DNA of 64,000 bases. Origin: Ignavibacteria bacterium. Lineage in GTDB: Bacteria; Bacteroidota; Ignavibacteria; SZUA-365. Location of the stretch: positions 1,017-65,016 of the forward strand of contig PKTF01000064.1 in NCBI GenBank assembly GCA_002869275.1, in the 5' to 3' direction. Positions within the stretch are counted from its first letter, which is position 1. Every line of letters starts with the position of its first letter. A program made the translations under genes and the position numbers. Below, in pieces: positions 28,336 to 38,415 of this stretch. Under the pieces are notes generated by a model. The model had not been told where the DNA came from, did not search any database, and worked only from the letters and a program-made list of their open reading frames with translations.

Positions 28336-29309
28336 TGAGACGATTGCATTACATACTGCTATTGCTGCTCCTGGCCGTAGGCTTGCGGGCGCAGAGTGCG
28401 AAGATCGACGTGACGGTTGATTCCACGTCCTATCTCATCGGCGATTGGATCGCGCTGCATCTGTCAGTGGATGCCCCGGCGACCTGGGTGCTGCGCATGC
28501 CATCACAGGATGACGATTTTGAAAACGCTGAATTTGTTTCCGCTGAAGAACTGCAGAGGGAAAGCAGTGGTAAGCGACAGCAGCTGCGGCAAACCTGCAT
28601 CGTGACGGTCTTCGATACCGGACGCATCCCGGTGAAAGCTATCGTCCGATACTCGAAACCCGGCGACACGACCGCGTATACGCTCACATCCGAAGCGATG
28701 CTGTTCGATATCACCACCGTGGAACTCGATACGACGCAGTCGTTCAAGGACATTCGCGATGTCCTGCACGTCCCGCTCACGATATGGGATTACCTGCTTT
28801 ACGCAGGGGTGACCATTCTTATCGGGCTCCTCGCATGGTTCGGGTACCGCTGGTATACAAACCGTGACGAGGACGAGAGGGAGGAAGAAGGCGAATTGGA
28901 ACCAGATCTGCCTCCGCATGTCATCGCTCTGCAGGCGCTGGAAAGCATCAGGAGCGAACAGCTCTGGCAGAATGGCAGGTACAAGCAGTATCAATCCCGT
29001 GTGACGGACGTTTTGCGTGCGTATATCGAACGGCGATTCGATCTCCCTGCCCTCGAGCATCCAACAAGTGAAATCATTCCCGATGTGGCCCTGCTCGGAC
29101 TCGACACTGATGTTGTCGGTGAACTCGAGACCGTGCTTCGCACGGCGGACCTGACAAAATTCGCGAAGTACGTACCCAGCGTTGTCGAGAACGAAAAAGC
29201 CATGCGCTTCTCCGTCGACTTCGTTGAAGACACGAAACAGGAAGTTGCTGCTGTATTATCGGAGGTCACCACACCGACCGCAGGGTCGGAGGAGGCTGAT
29301 GATGTTTGA
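28335..29309 (+). CDS. hypothetical membrane protein of the Bat cluster (signal peptide plus internal TM)
   Basis: ATG at 28335 in an ATGA overlap with the upstream stop; MMRRLHYILLLLLLAVGLRAQ; TM YLLYAGVTILIGLLAWFGY; same position as the unnamed third ORF of Bacteroides bat loci. Confidence 0.55.
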   Translation: MRRLHYILLLLLLAVGLRAQSAKIDVTVDSTSYLIGDWIALHLSVDAPATWVLRMPSQDDDFENAEFVSAEELQRESSGKRQQLRQTCIVTVFDTGRIPVKAIVRYSKPGDTTAYTLTSEAMLFDITTVELDTTQSFKDIRDVLHVPLTIWDYLLYAGVTILIGLLAWFGYRWYTNRDEDEREEEGELEPDLPPHVIALQALESIRSEQLWQNGRYKQYQSRVTDVLRAYIERRFDLPALEHPTSEIIPDVALLGLDTDVVGELETVLRTADLTKFAKYVPSVVENEKAMRFSVDFVEDTKQEVAAVLSEVTTPTAGSEEADDV

Positions 29310-30300
29310 ACATATCACCCAGTTTGCACACCCATGGCTGCTCTGGCTGCTCCTGCTTATTCCGCTCCTTTCCGCGTGGTATATCTGGAAGCAAAAGCGC
29401 CTGACCGCGTCTCTGCGGCATTCATCTTTTTCAGGCATCGATCACCTCTCATCCGGATGGCGGGTCCGCCTGCGTCATCTGCCGTTCGCCCTGCGCATGA
29501 TCGCGCTTGCGTTGCTGATCATCGCATTTGCGCGTCCACAGTCTTCGGCCAGAGGCGAGCGCGTATTCCGCGAGGGAATTGACATCACCATCGTGGTGGA
29601 TATTTCCGGATCGATGCTTGCGGAGGACCTGCGGCCGAACCGTTTGGAAGCCGCGAAAAATGTTGCTGAAGAGTTTATCGAGGCACGTCTCAATGACAGG
29701 ATCGGACTGGTCATTTTTGCCGGTGAGAGTTTTACACAGTGTCCGCTGACAACCGATTATGCAGTATTGATCGACCTTCTCAAGAAGGTGGAAACCGGTT
29801 ATCTGCAAGACGGAACAGCCATCGGTGAAGGGATCGCCAATGCGGTGAACCGCATGAAGAGCAGCTCATCGAAGAGCAAGGTCATGATTCTGCTTACCGA
29901 TGGTGTCAACAACATGGGATCCATCGATCCTGCCACCGCGGCTGAGATTGCCGAGACCTTTGGCATACGTATCTATACCATCGGTGTGGGGACTCGAGGA
30001 ATGGCGCCTTACCCTGTTCAAACACCGTTCGGTATCCAGTATCAGCCCATGCCTGTTGAAATCGATGAGGAAATGCTCACACAGGTCGCGGGTATCACCG
30101 ATGGACAGTATTTCCGCGCTACAAGTAATAAAAAGCTGAAAGACATTTACGAAGAAATCGATAATCTTGAGCGCACGAAAATCGAGGTTACCGAGTTTCA
30201 TCGCTATACCGAGCTGTTTTATTCGTACCTGATGCTCGGACTGGCGCTGCTCGTTGCCGAACTTCTGCTTTCCGCATTCGTGTTCCGCAAGATCCCATGA
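29299..30300 (+). CDS. batA: BatA-like vWA-domain membrane protein
   Basis: two N-terminal TM helices then vWA MIDAS (DISGSM...TDG); overlaps the upstream gene by 11 nt. Confidence 0.75.
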   Translation: MMFEHITQFAHPWLLWLLLLIPLLSAWYIWKQKRLTASLRHSSFSGIDHLSSGWRVRLRHLPFALRMIALALLIIAFARPQSSARGERVFREGIDITIVVDISGSMLAEDLRPNRLEAAKNVAEEFIEARLNDRIGLVIFAGESFTQCPLTTDYAVLIDLLKKVETGYLQDGTAIGEGIANAVNRMKSSSSKSKVMILLTDGVNNMGSIDPATAAEIAETFGIRIYTIGVGTRGMAPYPVQTPFGIQYQPMPVEIDEEMLTQVAGITDGQYFRATSNKKLKDIYEEIDNLERTKIEVTEFHRYTELFYSYLMLGLALLVAELLLSAFVFRKIP

Positions 30301-30324
30301 TGTGAACGCAAACCAACGATACAC

Positions 30325-31374
30325 ATGATACAATTCGCACATCCTGAATACCTGAATTACCTGTTTGCGCTCCCGGCCATCGCCGCGGTAATATGGTTCG
30401 CGTGGTACCTCAAACAGAAGCGCGTCCGCGCCTATGGAGACAAGGCGCGTGTCCTGCGCATGGTTCCTGAGCGCAGCCGTGTCAAATACTGGCTGCGGGG
30501 ATCCATGATCCTGCTGACCTTTGCCGTGCTGATTGTTGCGTATGCCAATCCCAAGGTCGGGACGAAGTTCGAGGAAGTGACACGCAGTGGGATTGATCTG
30601 ATCGTCGCCATCGACGTGTCGTCGAGTATGCGTGCCGAGGATATCCAACCTGATCGCATCAGTGCAGCAAAGAAGGAACTGCAGAATCTCATCAACAATC
30701 TCAAAGGCGACCGCATCGGTATCATCGTATTCTCAGGGGATGCATACACCCAGTTACCACTCACGTCGGATTACAACGCCGCGTTGATGCTCACCGATGT
30801 GATCACAACAGGCATTGCTCCGACACCGGGCACTTCCATCGGATCGGCAATCGACCTTGCCCGTGAATCCTTCAAGAAAGAGGAGGGGAAGTTCAAGGCA
30901 ATGGTGGTCATCACTGATGGAGAGAATCACGAGGATGATCCCGTGAGCGTCGCGAAGGACGCTGCGGCCGAAGGTATCGTAATACACACCATCGGCATGG
31001 GAAGCCTGGAAGGGGCTCCGATTCCGCTGAGCGGTGACCGGCAGCGCGGCGGCTTCAAGAAGGATGCCGAAGGCGACCTCGTACTGTCGCGGCTCGATGC
31101 CGAAACGCTGCGCGAGATTGCACAGGTCACAGAGGGTTCTTTCACGCAGGCGTTGAGCGGACGAGACAATCTTGCCACGGTCTTCGAGCGCATCGAGCGC
31201 ATGGAGAAAAAAGAATTCGGGACGAAGCAGTTCACCGATTTCGAGGATCGGTTCCAATACGTTCTTGCTCTGGGGTTGCTCCTGTTGATTGCGGAACTGT
31301 TCATCTCGGAAACGCGTAACCGCTTTCTCTCACGATTCTCACTGTTCGCTCCCAACGACGAGGAGGAGGTATAA
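30325..31374 (+). CDS. batB: BatB-like vWA-domain membrane protein
   Basis: N-terminal TMs, vWA MIDAS (DVSSSM...TDGENH), C-terminal TM. Confidence 0.75.
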   Translation: MIQFAHPEYLNYLFALPAIAAVIWFAWYLKQKRVRAYGDKARVLRMVPERSRVKYWLRGSMILLTFAVLIVAYANPKVGTKFEEVTRSGIDLIVAIDVSSSMRAEDIQPDRISAAKKELQNLINNLKGDRIGIIVFSGDAYTQLPLTSDYNAALMLTDVITTGIAPTPGTSIGSAIDLARESFKKEEGKFKAMVVITDGENHEDDPVSVAKDAAAEGIVIHTIGMGSLEGAPIPLSGDRQRGGFKKDAEGDLVLSRLDAETLREIAQVTEGSFTQALSGRDNLATVFERIERMEKKEFGTKQFTDFEDRFQYVLALGLLLLIAELFISETRNRFLSRFSLFAPNDEEEV

Positions 31375-31375
31375 A

Positions 31376-32239
31376 ATGGTCCGTCGAGTATTCATGCTCT
31401 GTGCTGGTGTTCTGCTCATCACGTCCGCTGTGCAGTCGCAGTCGTACAGATCCACGGTCAACGAAGGCAACGAGTATTACAATCAACAGCAGTATGATGA
31501 GGCGCGTGAGAAGTATGAACAAGCCGCTGTGAGTGAGCCTGAGCGTCCTGAAAGCTATTTCAATCAGGGCAATGCCGCGTATCGTTCTGACGATATCAAG
31601 GCTGCGATCGAGCAGTATGAAAAGGCTGGAACGCGGGTACGCAGTAAAGAAGAGCTGGCTCGTACGTTGTACAATGCGGGTAACACGTTTCTGAACGCAG
31701 CCGACAAAGGAGTGGAGAATCCTGCCCTGCAGCAGGCCGCGGCAGCACAGGGCGCCGGGAGCCAGGGTGCCGAACTCCGGATGGAGGGCTACCGCAAGGC
31801 AATTGACCTGTACAAGCAGACGCTGAAACTCAATCCCCGCGATGCCGATGCACGCTACAATTTGACCTACGCACGTAAAAAACTCGAAGACCTGCAGAAG
31901 CAGCAGCAGAACCAGAACCAGGACGAGCAGCAGAAGAAGGATCAGAAGCAGGACAAGGATAAGGACGATCAGCAGCAGGACAAGAATAAGCAGGACGAGC
32001 AGAACAAGAAAGACAAGCAGGACGAGCAGCAGCAGAAGCAGCAGAATCAGAAGGACAAAGACCAGAAAGAGAACGCCAAACCTGACGAGCAGCAGCAGTC
32101 CAAACCGGAAAAGCAGAAAACCATGTCGAAGCAGCAGGCAGAACAGATCCTGCGGGCGCTGGAACGCGACGAGAAGGATCTGCAGAAAAAGAAACGTCAG
32201 AAGACCAATGTGCGTGTATCGGTGGAGAAGGACTGGTAG
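31376..32239 (+). CDS. batC: BatC-like TPR protein with extreme KQ/DE low-complexity C-terminal tail
   Basis: ATG at 31376 after AGGAGGAGG; TPR-like N-terminal half; about 90 aa of QQK/DEQ repeats. Confidence 0.65.
   Translation: MVRRVFMLCAGVLLITSAVQSQSYRSTVNEGNEYYNQQQYDEAREKYEQAAVSEPERPESYFNQGNAAYRSDDIKAAIEQYEKAGTRVRSKEELARTLYNAGNTFLNAADKGVENPALQQAAAAQGAGSQGAELRMEGYRKAIDLYKQTLKLNPRDADARYNLTYARKKLEDLQKQQQNQNQDEQQKKDQKQDKDKDDQQQDKNKQDEQNKKDKQDEQQQKQQNQKDKDQKENAKPDEQQQSKPEKQKTMSKQQAEQILRALERDEKDLQKKKRQKTNVRVSVEKDW
31880..32110 (+). repeat. low-complexity cagcag/aag coding repeat (KQ/DE tail of BatC)
   Basis: generates the 392-aa poly-Leu antisense ORF 31301-32479, which is an artefact. Confidence 0.5.
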
Positions 32240-32242
32240 ACA

Positions 32243-34087
32243 ATGATGCGCCGATTGCTTTATACCGTCACGATACTCCTGCTGGCATTGACGCTGCGTG
32301 CCCAGGATGCGCAGTTCACCTGCAGCGTCGATCGCGTCGAGGTTCCACTCGGACAGCAATTCCAGGTGACGTACACGCTTTCCGGCGGCAATCTCAAGCG
32401 TCACAGTGGATTCAATGCGCCTGATCTCAACCGCAATTTCCTGACGCTCAGCGGTCCGTCGACTTCGCAGCAGATGCAAATCATCAACGGACGCGTGTCG
32501 TCGAGCATGTCCTGGACGTACGTCGTACAGGCACGCGGCACTGGCGCTTTCACTGTTCCCGCGGCGACAATCGAATACGACGGGAACACACTGCAGACGA
32601 ATACCGTGCGGATCAAGGTCACGAAAGCGGTGCCGAAGTCCACGCAGCAGAGCGGAGATACGAGAGGCGAATCAGAAGCCATCGATAAGGAAATCGCCGA
32701 GAATCTGTTTATCCGCGCGATCGCCAATCGCACAGAAGTCTACCTGGGTGAGCCGATTACCGTGACGTTCAAACTCTACTCCCGGGTTGCATTTCAGCTG
32801 GAAAACCCGATCAAGCTCCCGCGAATGGTTGGCTTCTGGTCCGAAGATATCGAATCTCCGACGCAGCTGCGTCCGAAAATCGAAGTATACCGTGGAAGGC
32901 AGTTCGAAACATTCATGCTGCGCAAGGTGCTGTATTTTCCCACCCAGGCAGGGAAACTCAGTATCGAGCCATTCGAAATCAACACCACGGTACGGGTACG
33001 CAAGCGCAGGAGAAATACAGGAAATTCAGCGTTCGACCGTTTTTTCAGCGATCCCTTTTTCGATAACTATGACAACGTCAAGAAAACACTTCTCACGCAG
33101 AAGGTGAATGTCAATGTGCGGCCGCTTCCGGAGGAGGGGAAACCCCCCGGTTTCTCCGGCGTCGTAGGATCCTATGACATGGAAACCTCTCTTGACCGCA
33201 GCGAACTGCGTGCGAATGAGACTGCTACGCTTACGGTGACCCTGCAGGGCGAGGGGAATATTCGCTTGCTCGACGAAGCGAACATCACGTTTCCGGCCGG
33301 TGTGGATCATTATGATCCCACGATCAGCGAGAACGTACGGTACGAACAAGGGACAATGGCGGGCAGCAAATCCTTTGAATACATTCTTGTTCCAAGATAT
33401 GCGGGGAAGGTGACCATCCCGTCAATCACCCTGGATTACTTTGATCCTGTCGACCGGACCTATAAAAAACTTTCATCAGAGCCATACAGCCTCACCATCG
33501 CCGAAGGCGATGAGCGACAAAAAGCTGACGGTGTGGAGCGAGAGCGCGTAGACTACCTCGCCATGGACGTCAAACCATTGCGTGAGGACCCCACCTCGGT
33601 ACTTGCTACTGAGGATCCGGCAGTTGGTCCGGTGTCGATGCTGCTGTTTTATCTGCTACCGTTCGTGGCGCTCGCCGGTGGACTGGTATGGAAGCAGCGG
33701 TATGACCGGATGCACGGTGACGTCGCCGGGCTGAAGCGTCGTAGAGCGACACGCATTGCGGAGAAACATCTGTCCAATGCACACAACTTCCTCGAGAAAG
33801 GGGATACCGACGCGTATTACCTGGAAATTGCCCGCGCACTATGGGGGTACGTCCAGGACAAACTCGGCCTGCCGACTTCCGAGACGGCGGTATCGTCCGT
33901 CGCCGGACGACTCGAGAAGGATGGTGCCGGTCAGGAATTGGTGCTCAAGATTCGCGACGCGCTCGAGGCCGTTGAATATGCCCGTTTTTCTCCTACACGA
34001 GCCAGCCAGGAAGAGATGCAGGCGCTTTACGAAACCGCCCGTGAAGGCATTGTTGCAATGGAAGAATCATTGAGGGAAAACGCATGA
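32243..34087 (+). CDS. batD: BatD-like protein
   Basis: signal peptide, ~600 aa beta-rich periplasmic portion, C-terminal TM (LLFYLLPFVALAGGLVW) and cytoplasmic tail; size and position match BatD. Confidence 0.65.
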   Translation: MMRRLLYTVTILLLALTLRAQDAQFTCSVDRVEVPLGQQFQVTYTLSGGNLKRHSGFNAPDLNRNFLTLSGPSTSQQMQIINGRVSSSMSWTYVVQARGTGAFTVPAATIEYDGNTLQTNTVRIKVTKAVPKSTQQSGDTRGESEAIDKEIAENLFIRAIANRTEVYLGEPITVTFKLYSRVAFQLENPIKLPRMVGFWSEDIESPTQLRPKIEVYRGRQFETFMLRKVLYFPTQAGKLSIEPFEINTTVRVRKRRRNTGNSAFDRFFSDPFFDNYDNVKKTLLTQKVNVNVRPLPEEGKPPGFSGVVGSYDMETSLDRSELRANETATLTVTLQGEGNIRLLDEANITFPAGVDHYDPTISENVRYEQGTMAGSKSFEYILVPRYAGKVTIPSITLDYFDPVDRTYKKLSSEPYSLTIAEGDERQKADGVERERVDYLAMDVKPLREDPTSVLATEDPAVGPVSMLLFYLLPFVALAGGLVWKQRYDRMHGDVAGLKRRRATRIAEKHLSNAHNFLEKGDTDAYYLEIARALWGYVQDKLGLPTSETAVSSVAGRLEKDGAGQELVLKIRDALEAVEYARFSPTRASQEEMQALYETAREGIVAMEESLRENA

Positions 34088-34845
34088 TACGTCGGCTGAT
34101 CCTGATCGTATTCGCAGTGCTGCTTCCCGCCAGCGCTCTGATTGCTGAAACACCTGCCGAATCCTTCGGAAAAGGAATCGCCGCGTATAAGGTTGGCGAT
34201 TATCCTGAGGCGATCCGGCAGTTTCTCGCCATAGAGCAGGAGGGATACGATAGTTTCGCCGTGACCTATAATCTCGGCAACAGCTACTATAAAAATGGAA
34301 ACCTGGGAAAAGCGATCCTTTACTACGAGCGGACGCTGCTGCATCATCCGGGGAATGAAGATGTCGTGCAGAATTTGAACATCGCTCGTGCTCGTATCCG
34401 TGACCGGGTGGATCCGATGCCCCTGCTGTTCTTTGTGCGCTGGTGGAACGACCTGCAATCGAGCTTCAGACCCGAGAGCATCTTCTACGCCTCATTTCTT
34501 TTCCTCTGTATCGTGGCCGCGGCCCTGTTCGTGTTTTTTGGTTTTCAACGTCTTTTCCTTCGTCGAGCGGCACTGTCGGTGGTCGCGGTTTTCGGCGTGC
34601 TGTTCGTCCTGAGCGTCGTTCTCTACACAGCGAGGCTCGATGACTATCGTTCGCATCGCTTCGCCGTTGTGATGCCGAGTAAGGTCACTGTACTCAGCAC
34701 ACCCGATGCTTCAGCAGTGGAAAGTTTCAACATCCATGAAGGACTGAAGGTCGAAATCCTCGATTCAGAGAAAGAGTTTTATCATATACGTCTGCTCGAC
34801 GGCAAGAACGGCTGGGTTCACAGGGATGTCATCGAGCGGATCTGA
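34084..34845 (+). CDS. batE: BatE-like TPR plus C-terminal SH3-like domain protein
   Basis: ATGA overlap with batD; TPR motifs (YNLGNSYYKNGNLGKAILYYERTL), TM, C-terminal SH3b-like (GWVHRDVI). Confidence 0.6.
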   Translation: MIRRLILIVFAVLLPASALIAETPAESFGKGIAAYKVGDYPEAIRQFLAIEQEGYDSFAVTYNLGNSYYKNGNLGKAILYYERTLLHHPGNEDVVQNLNIARARIRDRVDPMPLLFFVRWWNDLQSSFRPESIFYASFLFLCIVAAALFVFFGFQRLFLRRAALSVVAVFGVLFVLSVVLYTARLDDYRSHRFAVVMPSKVTVLSTPDASAVESFNIHEGLKVEILDSEKEFYHIRLLDGKNGWVHRDVIERI

Positions 34846-34910
34846 TGCGGTTGTTTCTTTCTCCCTCGCATTGTAATATGCTCGGAAACAACAAGGACGC
34901 CGCAATCTCC

Positions 34911-35693
34911 ATGTACCGTACTCGCCTGAACTTCCTTCTGCTGTTTATCCTGGTGCTGCCCACGACCCTGCGATCAGAAGTACCGCCCGGTGGAGAGGAC
35001 GATATCCTTCGACCGGTTCCGTACACTCTTCATATCGGACCCTATCTCGGAGGAGGGTGGGTACTCAGCCAGGGAGAGTTCCAGACGCTCTGCGACTGCA
35101 GTTACGGCCAGGGTGGCGGACTGGGGTTTCAGTTGGGATTTTTTGCTGATTATCCGCTTTCGAAGGACTTTTCTGTTCTGGTGACGTTGGGCTATCGATT
35201 GATGCAGCCTTCTTTTGACAAAGAGGAAAGCAGAATCGAGTTCATTGAAACCTCTCCCGGAAACGGCGATTTCATGGAAATCGATTTTGGTCTGGAAACC
35301 ACGGTGCGCGTTTCCAGTATTGAACTCGGAGTGTTTGGTAAATGGAACCTTCCGCTCAGAGGATTATATCTTGCTGCGGGTCCGGAAATCGGATATGTCA
35401 TTGAAGACAATATCAAGGAGACAGAAACGATCGTTACTCCCGGTATTGGGTATGAGACACATGGAGGTCGCGATCAGGTTACCATGGATGACGCCCTCGA
35501 CCGCTACTATGATGATGCAGTGCTTCGTCTTGCGCTCGCGGGACGTCTCGGCTATATCATCCCCGTGACGGATCGCCTGGCAATCGTACCCGAACTCTCG
35601 CTGATGATGTCTCTGACACCAGTCGTATCCGATTTTGACGACTGGCGCCTGAATGCCTTTGATGCCCGCGTCTACCTGCGTTTTGCCATTTGA
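34911..35693 (+). CDS. small outer-membrane beta-barrel protein, paralog 1
   Basis: signal peptide, CDC-containing strand (LCDCSYGQGGGLGF), C-terminal YLRFAI. Confidence 0.55.
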   Translation: MYRTRLNFLLLFILVLPTTLRSEVPPGGEDDILRPVPYTLHIGPYLGGGWVLSQGEFQTLCDCSYGQGGGLGFQLGFFADYPLSKDFSVLVTLGYRLMQPSFDKEESRIEFIETSPGNGDFMEIDFGLETTVRVSSIELGVFGKWNLPLRGLYLAAGPEIGYVIEDNIKETETIVTPGIGYETHGGRDQVTMDDALDRYYDDAVLRLALAGRLGYIIPVTDRLAIVPELSLMMSLTPVVSDFDDWRLNAFDARVYLRFAI

Positions 35694-35718
35694 CCGCTCC
35701 AATCCGGTCAACACATTG

Positions 35719-36507
35719 ATGAGGAAACGAATGCAATCATCCGCCCAACGCCTCCTGGTATGTACCATGGCAATTCTGACCCTCAGCCTGATGAGCACAC
35801 AACTGCAGGCGCAGCGGAGGGTATCACCACACGGATTCCGAGTCACCTATCCTGGCGCAGTGGCTATTGGCCTGCAGGGAGGAAGCAATTGGAACTACGG
35901 AATCAACGGTCCCGCCGCATTTTGTGACTGCGCATTTGAGAGCGGAAGCGACCTGTCTTACCATGCAGGAATACATCTGGACTTCTATCTTAATCGCTGG
36001 TTTGGTCTGCGTTTACAGGGATTATATGAAGATCAATCTACAGTGTATACCAAGGACTGGCGCACCGCGGTTTTCAGAGCCGATGGTTCGCAGGAAGATG
36101 TAGAACTCCAGCGCAGATCTGAGGTGGACGCGCAGTATGCCTCCATTTCATTCCACGCACTCTGGCTGACAGGAGCGGGAGGATTGTACGTTCTCACCGG
36201 TGCCGAGGCTGGATTCTTTCTCGATGGGAGCTATCTAGAGGAGGAATTTATCACGACAGAAGATCTGGTGTTCACAGGCGGAAGCAGCCATCGAATCCTC
36301 GCGGATGAATCGCTTGACGCATCAACAGATGTGTACACACGTGCCGTCCTGGTGCTGGGAGCAGGATATGACATTGCTCTTGCGCGCGGAGCGGCGCTCG
36401 CTCCTGAGATCCAGATCGGATTTCCACTTACATCTGTGGTCAAAGGAAATTCTGACTGGAGGCTGCTTGTGTTTCGCGGTGGTCTGAATATTCGTTTCGG
36501 CATCTGA
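35719..36507 (+). CDS. small outer-membrane beta-barrel protein, paralog 2
   Basis: signal peptide ending LQAQ, matching CDC strand ([14 protein letters not shown]), C-terminal LNIRFGI. Confidence 0.55.
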   Translation: MRKRMQSSAQRLLVCTMAILTLSLMSTQLQAQRRVSPHGFRVTYPGAVAIGLQGGSNWNYGINGPAAFCDCAFESGSDLSYHAGIHLDFYLNRWFGLRLQGLYEDQSTVYTKDWRTAVFRADGSQEDVELQRRSEVDAQYASISFHALWLTGAGGLYVLTGAEAGFFLDGSYLEEEFITTEDLVFTGGSSHRILADESLDASTDVYTRAVLVLGAGYDIALARGAALAPEIQIGFPLTSVVKGNSDWRLLVFRGGLNIRFGI

Positions 36508-36548
36508 GCGTTTCTGCACACAATTATTTTGATGAGATACCTACCCGC

Positions 36549-37232
36549 ATGATGACTGAAACCATAGACACAGAACTCGCGGCACTGATCGATCACACCC
36601 TGCTGAAGGCTGATGCGGGTGAACGAAGCATTCTGCAGCTCTGTAACGAAGCGAGACAATACGGCTTTGCCTCTGTATGTATCCACCCGACCTGGGTGCG
36701 CCTTTGTGCGAGCATGCTGGATGGGGCGCCCCCGGCAGTTTGCACCGTTATCGGGTTTCCACTCGGTGCGAATCGAACAGAAATCAAAATGCACGAGACG
36801 GAAGCTGCTCTTGCTGACGGTGCGACAGAGTTTGATATGGTCATGCACCTCGGCCGCCTGAAGGAAGGAGACCATGCATACGTGGAGCAGGATATCCGGC
36901 AGGTGGTGCAGACAGCGAAGGCGGAAGGTGAATCGGCCATCGTCAAGGTCATCCTCGAGACCTGCCTGCTGACGGAAGCTGAGATCAGGGAGGCTTCATT
37001 AATCGCGCTTGGCGCAGGAGCGGATTTCGTTAAAACTTCGACAGGGTTCAGTACCGGTGGGGCCACAGAAGAAGCGATTCGCCTGATGCGGAAGACCGTT
37101 GGAGATGGAATGGGAGTGAAGGCCAGTGGAGGAATTCGAACTCGTGACGATGCCCGCAGCATGATCGCTGCTGGAGCGTCCCGCATCGGTGCCAGTGCAA
37201 GTGTGAATATCGTACAACTACATACAGCCTAA
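36549..37232 (+). CDS. deoC: deoxyribose-phosphate aldolase
   Basis: class I aldolase motifs ([11 protein letters not shown] with Schiff-base Lys, VKASGGIRT). Confidence 0.9.
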   Translation: MMTETIDTELAALIDHTLLKADAGERSILQLCNEARQYGFASVCIHPTWVRLCASMLDGAPPAVCTVIGFPLGANRTEIKMHETEAALADGATEFDMVMHLGRLKEGDHAYVEQDIRQVVQTAKAEGESAIVKVILETCLLTEAEIREASLIALGAGADFVKTSTGFSTGGATEEAIRLMRKTVGDGMGVKASGGIRTRDDARSMIAAGASRIGASASVNIVQLHTA

Positions 37233-37244
37233 TCGGAGGATATT

Positions 37245-37802
37245 ATGAGGAAGCACCGCCGCTGGTGGATTATTCTGACCCTAGCATGTTTCAGCCTGGC
37301 TTGGTCCGGGTGCAGCTCCAGTGAGGAACTGAGTTCCTCTGACGCCGAGTCGACGCAGGAGGATGGTGCATTTACGCGGGTAGATAAGGAAGAATCGATA
37401 ATTCCGGAGACCGAAGAACCGGTTGAGATCGAGGTTGTGGAGGATGAGCCGGCGGCGGAACCTCAGAACGTACCGGTACAAACCCCTGCGGGAACACCTG
37501 AGACGGTGGAGCATGAGGTAGAGAATGTTGCACCGACGCAGCCGGCAGCCGCACCAAAAACCGGTGCCATGATGTGGAGCGTGCAGCTCGGTGCGTTCAA
37601 GAATGAATCGGGCGCCTTCCAACTGGTTGAGGAACTCAAGAAGAAATTCAACCAGCCGGTGTACAAACGCTATGATGCCGTCACGGGCTACTACAAGGTG
37701 ACCCTCGGCTCTTACCAGTCAAGAGACGACGCTGCGGCTTTCAAACTTGATGTACAGTCCAACGGTTATCCTGATGCCTTCACTGTACAGGTCGCTCGCT
37801 AA
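37245..37802 (+). CDS. SPOR-domain lipoprotein
   Basis: lipobox LAWSGCSS; C-terminal SPOR fold (WSVQLGAFKNESGA...YYKVTLGSYQSRDDA); GGAGGA RBS. Confidence 0.7.
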   Translation: MRKHRRWWIILTLACFSLAWSGCSSSEELSSSDAESTQEDGAFTRVDKEESIIPETEEPVEIEVVEDEPAAEPQNVPVQTPAGTPETVEHEVENVAPTQPAAAPKTGAMMWSVQLGAFKNESGAFQLVEELKKKFNQPVYKRYDAVTGYYKVTLGSYQSRDDAAAFKLDVQSNGYPDAFTVQVAR

Positions 37803-37815
37803 CGTGCGGAAATCT

Positions 37816-38346
37816 ATGATTGTGCGGCAGTCTTCGGCGGTATTCGGCACTCTGCTCTTACCGCTGGTGGGCGCGGTGATCCTGAGCATTTACGGCTGTG
37901 CCTCCACCGGTGAAATTTCGGAAAAACCGGCAGAGCGTCCTCTGCGCGAGCACGAGAAGGACTTTGATCCGAAAGTCTACCGGGAACCGCTGCCCGTTGA
38001 CAGTGTTGAGACCGATCGCCCGACACTCGCAACCGAACCGGAACCGGAGCGGTGGGTTGAGCGGACACAGAAAGTCATGGGCTACCGTATTCAACTGTAT
38101 TCCACGACGAACATCGACGAGGCGCAACGCGCCCTTCCACGCTGCTCCGCCAGAATTGATAGCGTGGGTGTGGAGTCCGGACGGCTCGATATGTCATACG
38201 ATGCGCCATATTACAAAATCCGCATGGGCGATTTTCTCACCAAGCCGCCGGCGGATTCTCTCAGACAGGTGCTCCAGGACTACGGAATAACAGAAGCCTG
38301 GGTAGTACGCGATAAAGTGCTTCAGGTGATTCGTACCAGAGAATAG
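37816..38346 (+). CDS. SPOR-domain membrane protein
   Basis: N-terminal TM; C-terminal SPOR-like (YRIQLYSTTNIDEA...YYKIRMGDF). Confidence 0.65.
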   Translation: MIVRQSSAVFGTLLLPLVGAVILSIYGCASTGEISEKPAERPLREHEKDFDPKVYREPLPVDSVETDRPTLATEPEPERWVERTQKVMGYRIQLYSTTNIDEAQRALPRCSARIDSVGVESGRLDMSYDAPYYKIRMGDFLTKPPADSLRQVLQDYGITEAWVVRDKVLQVIRTRE

Positions 38347-38367
38347 TCACCAAATCGAGATTACTAA

Positions 38368-38390
38368 AAAGGCGCCGCAACGGCGCCTTT
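38368..38390. terminator. bidirectional GC-rich hairpin terminator
   Basis: AAAAAGGCGCCG-CAA-CGGCGCCTTTCT between convergent genes; near-identical in form to the hairpin at 21036. Confidence 0.5.
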
Positions 38391-38415
38391 CTCGTGGATG
38401 GATCCTGGATGTGGA

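Noticed and set aside
31301-32479. 392-aa minus-strand poly-Leu/Val ORF
   Set aside because: Antisense of the BatC cag/aag low-complexity region and TPR. Composition-driven artefact.
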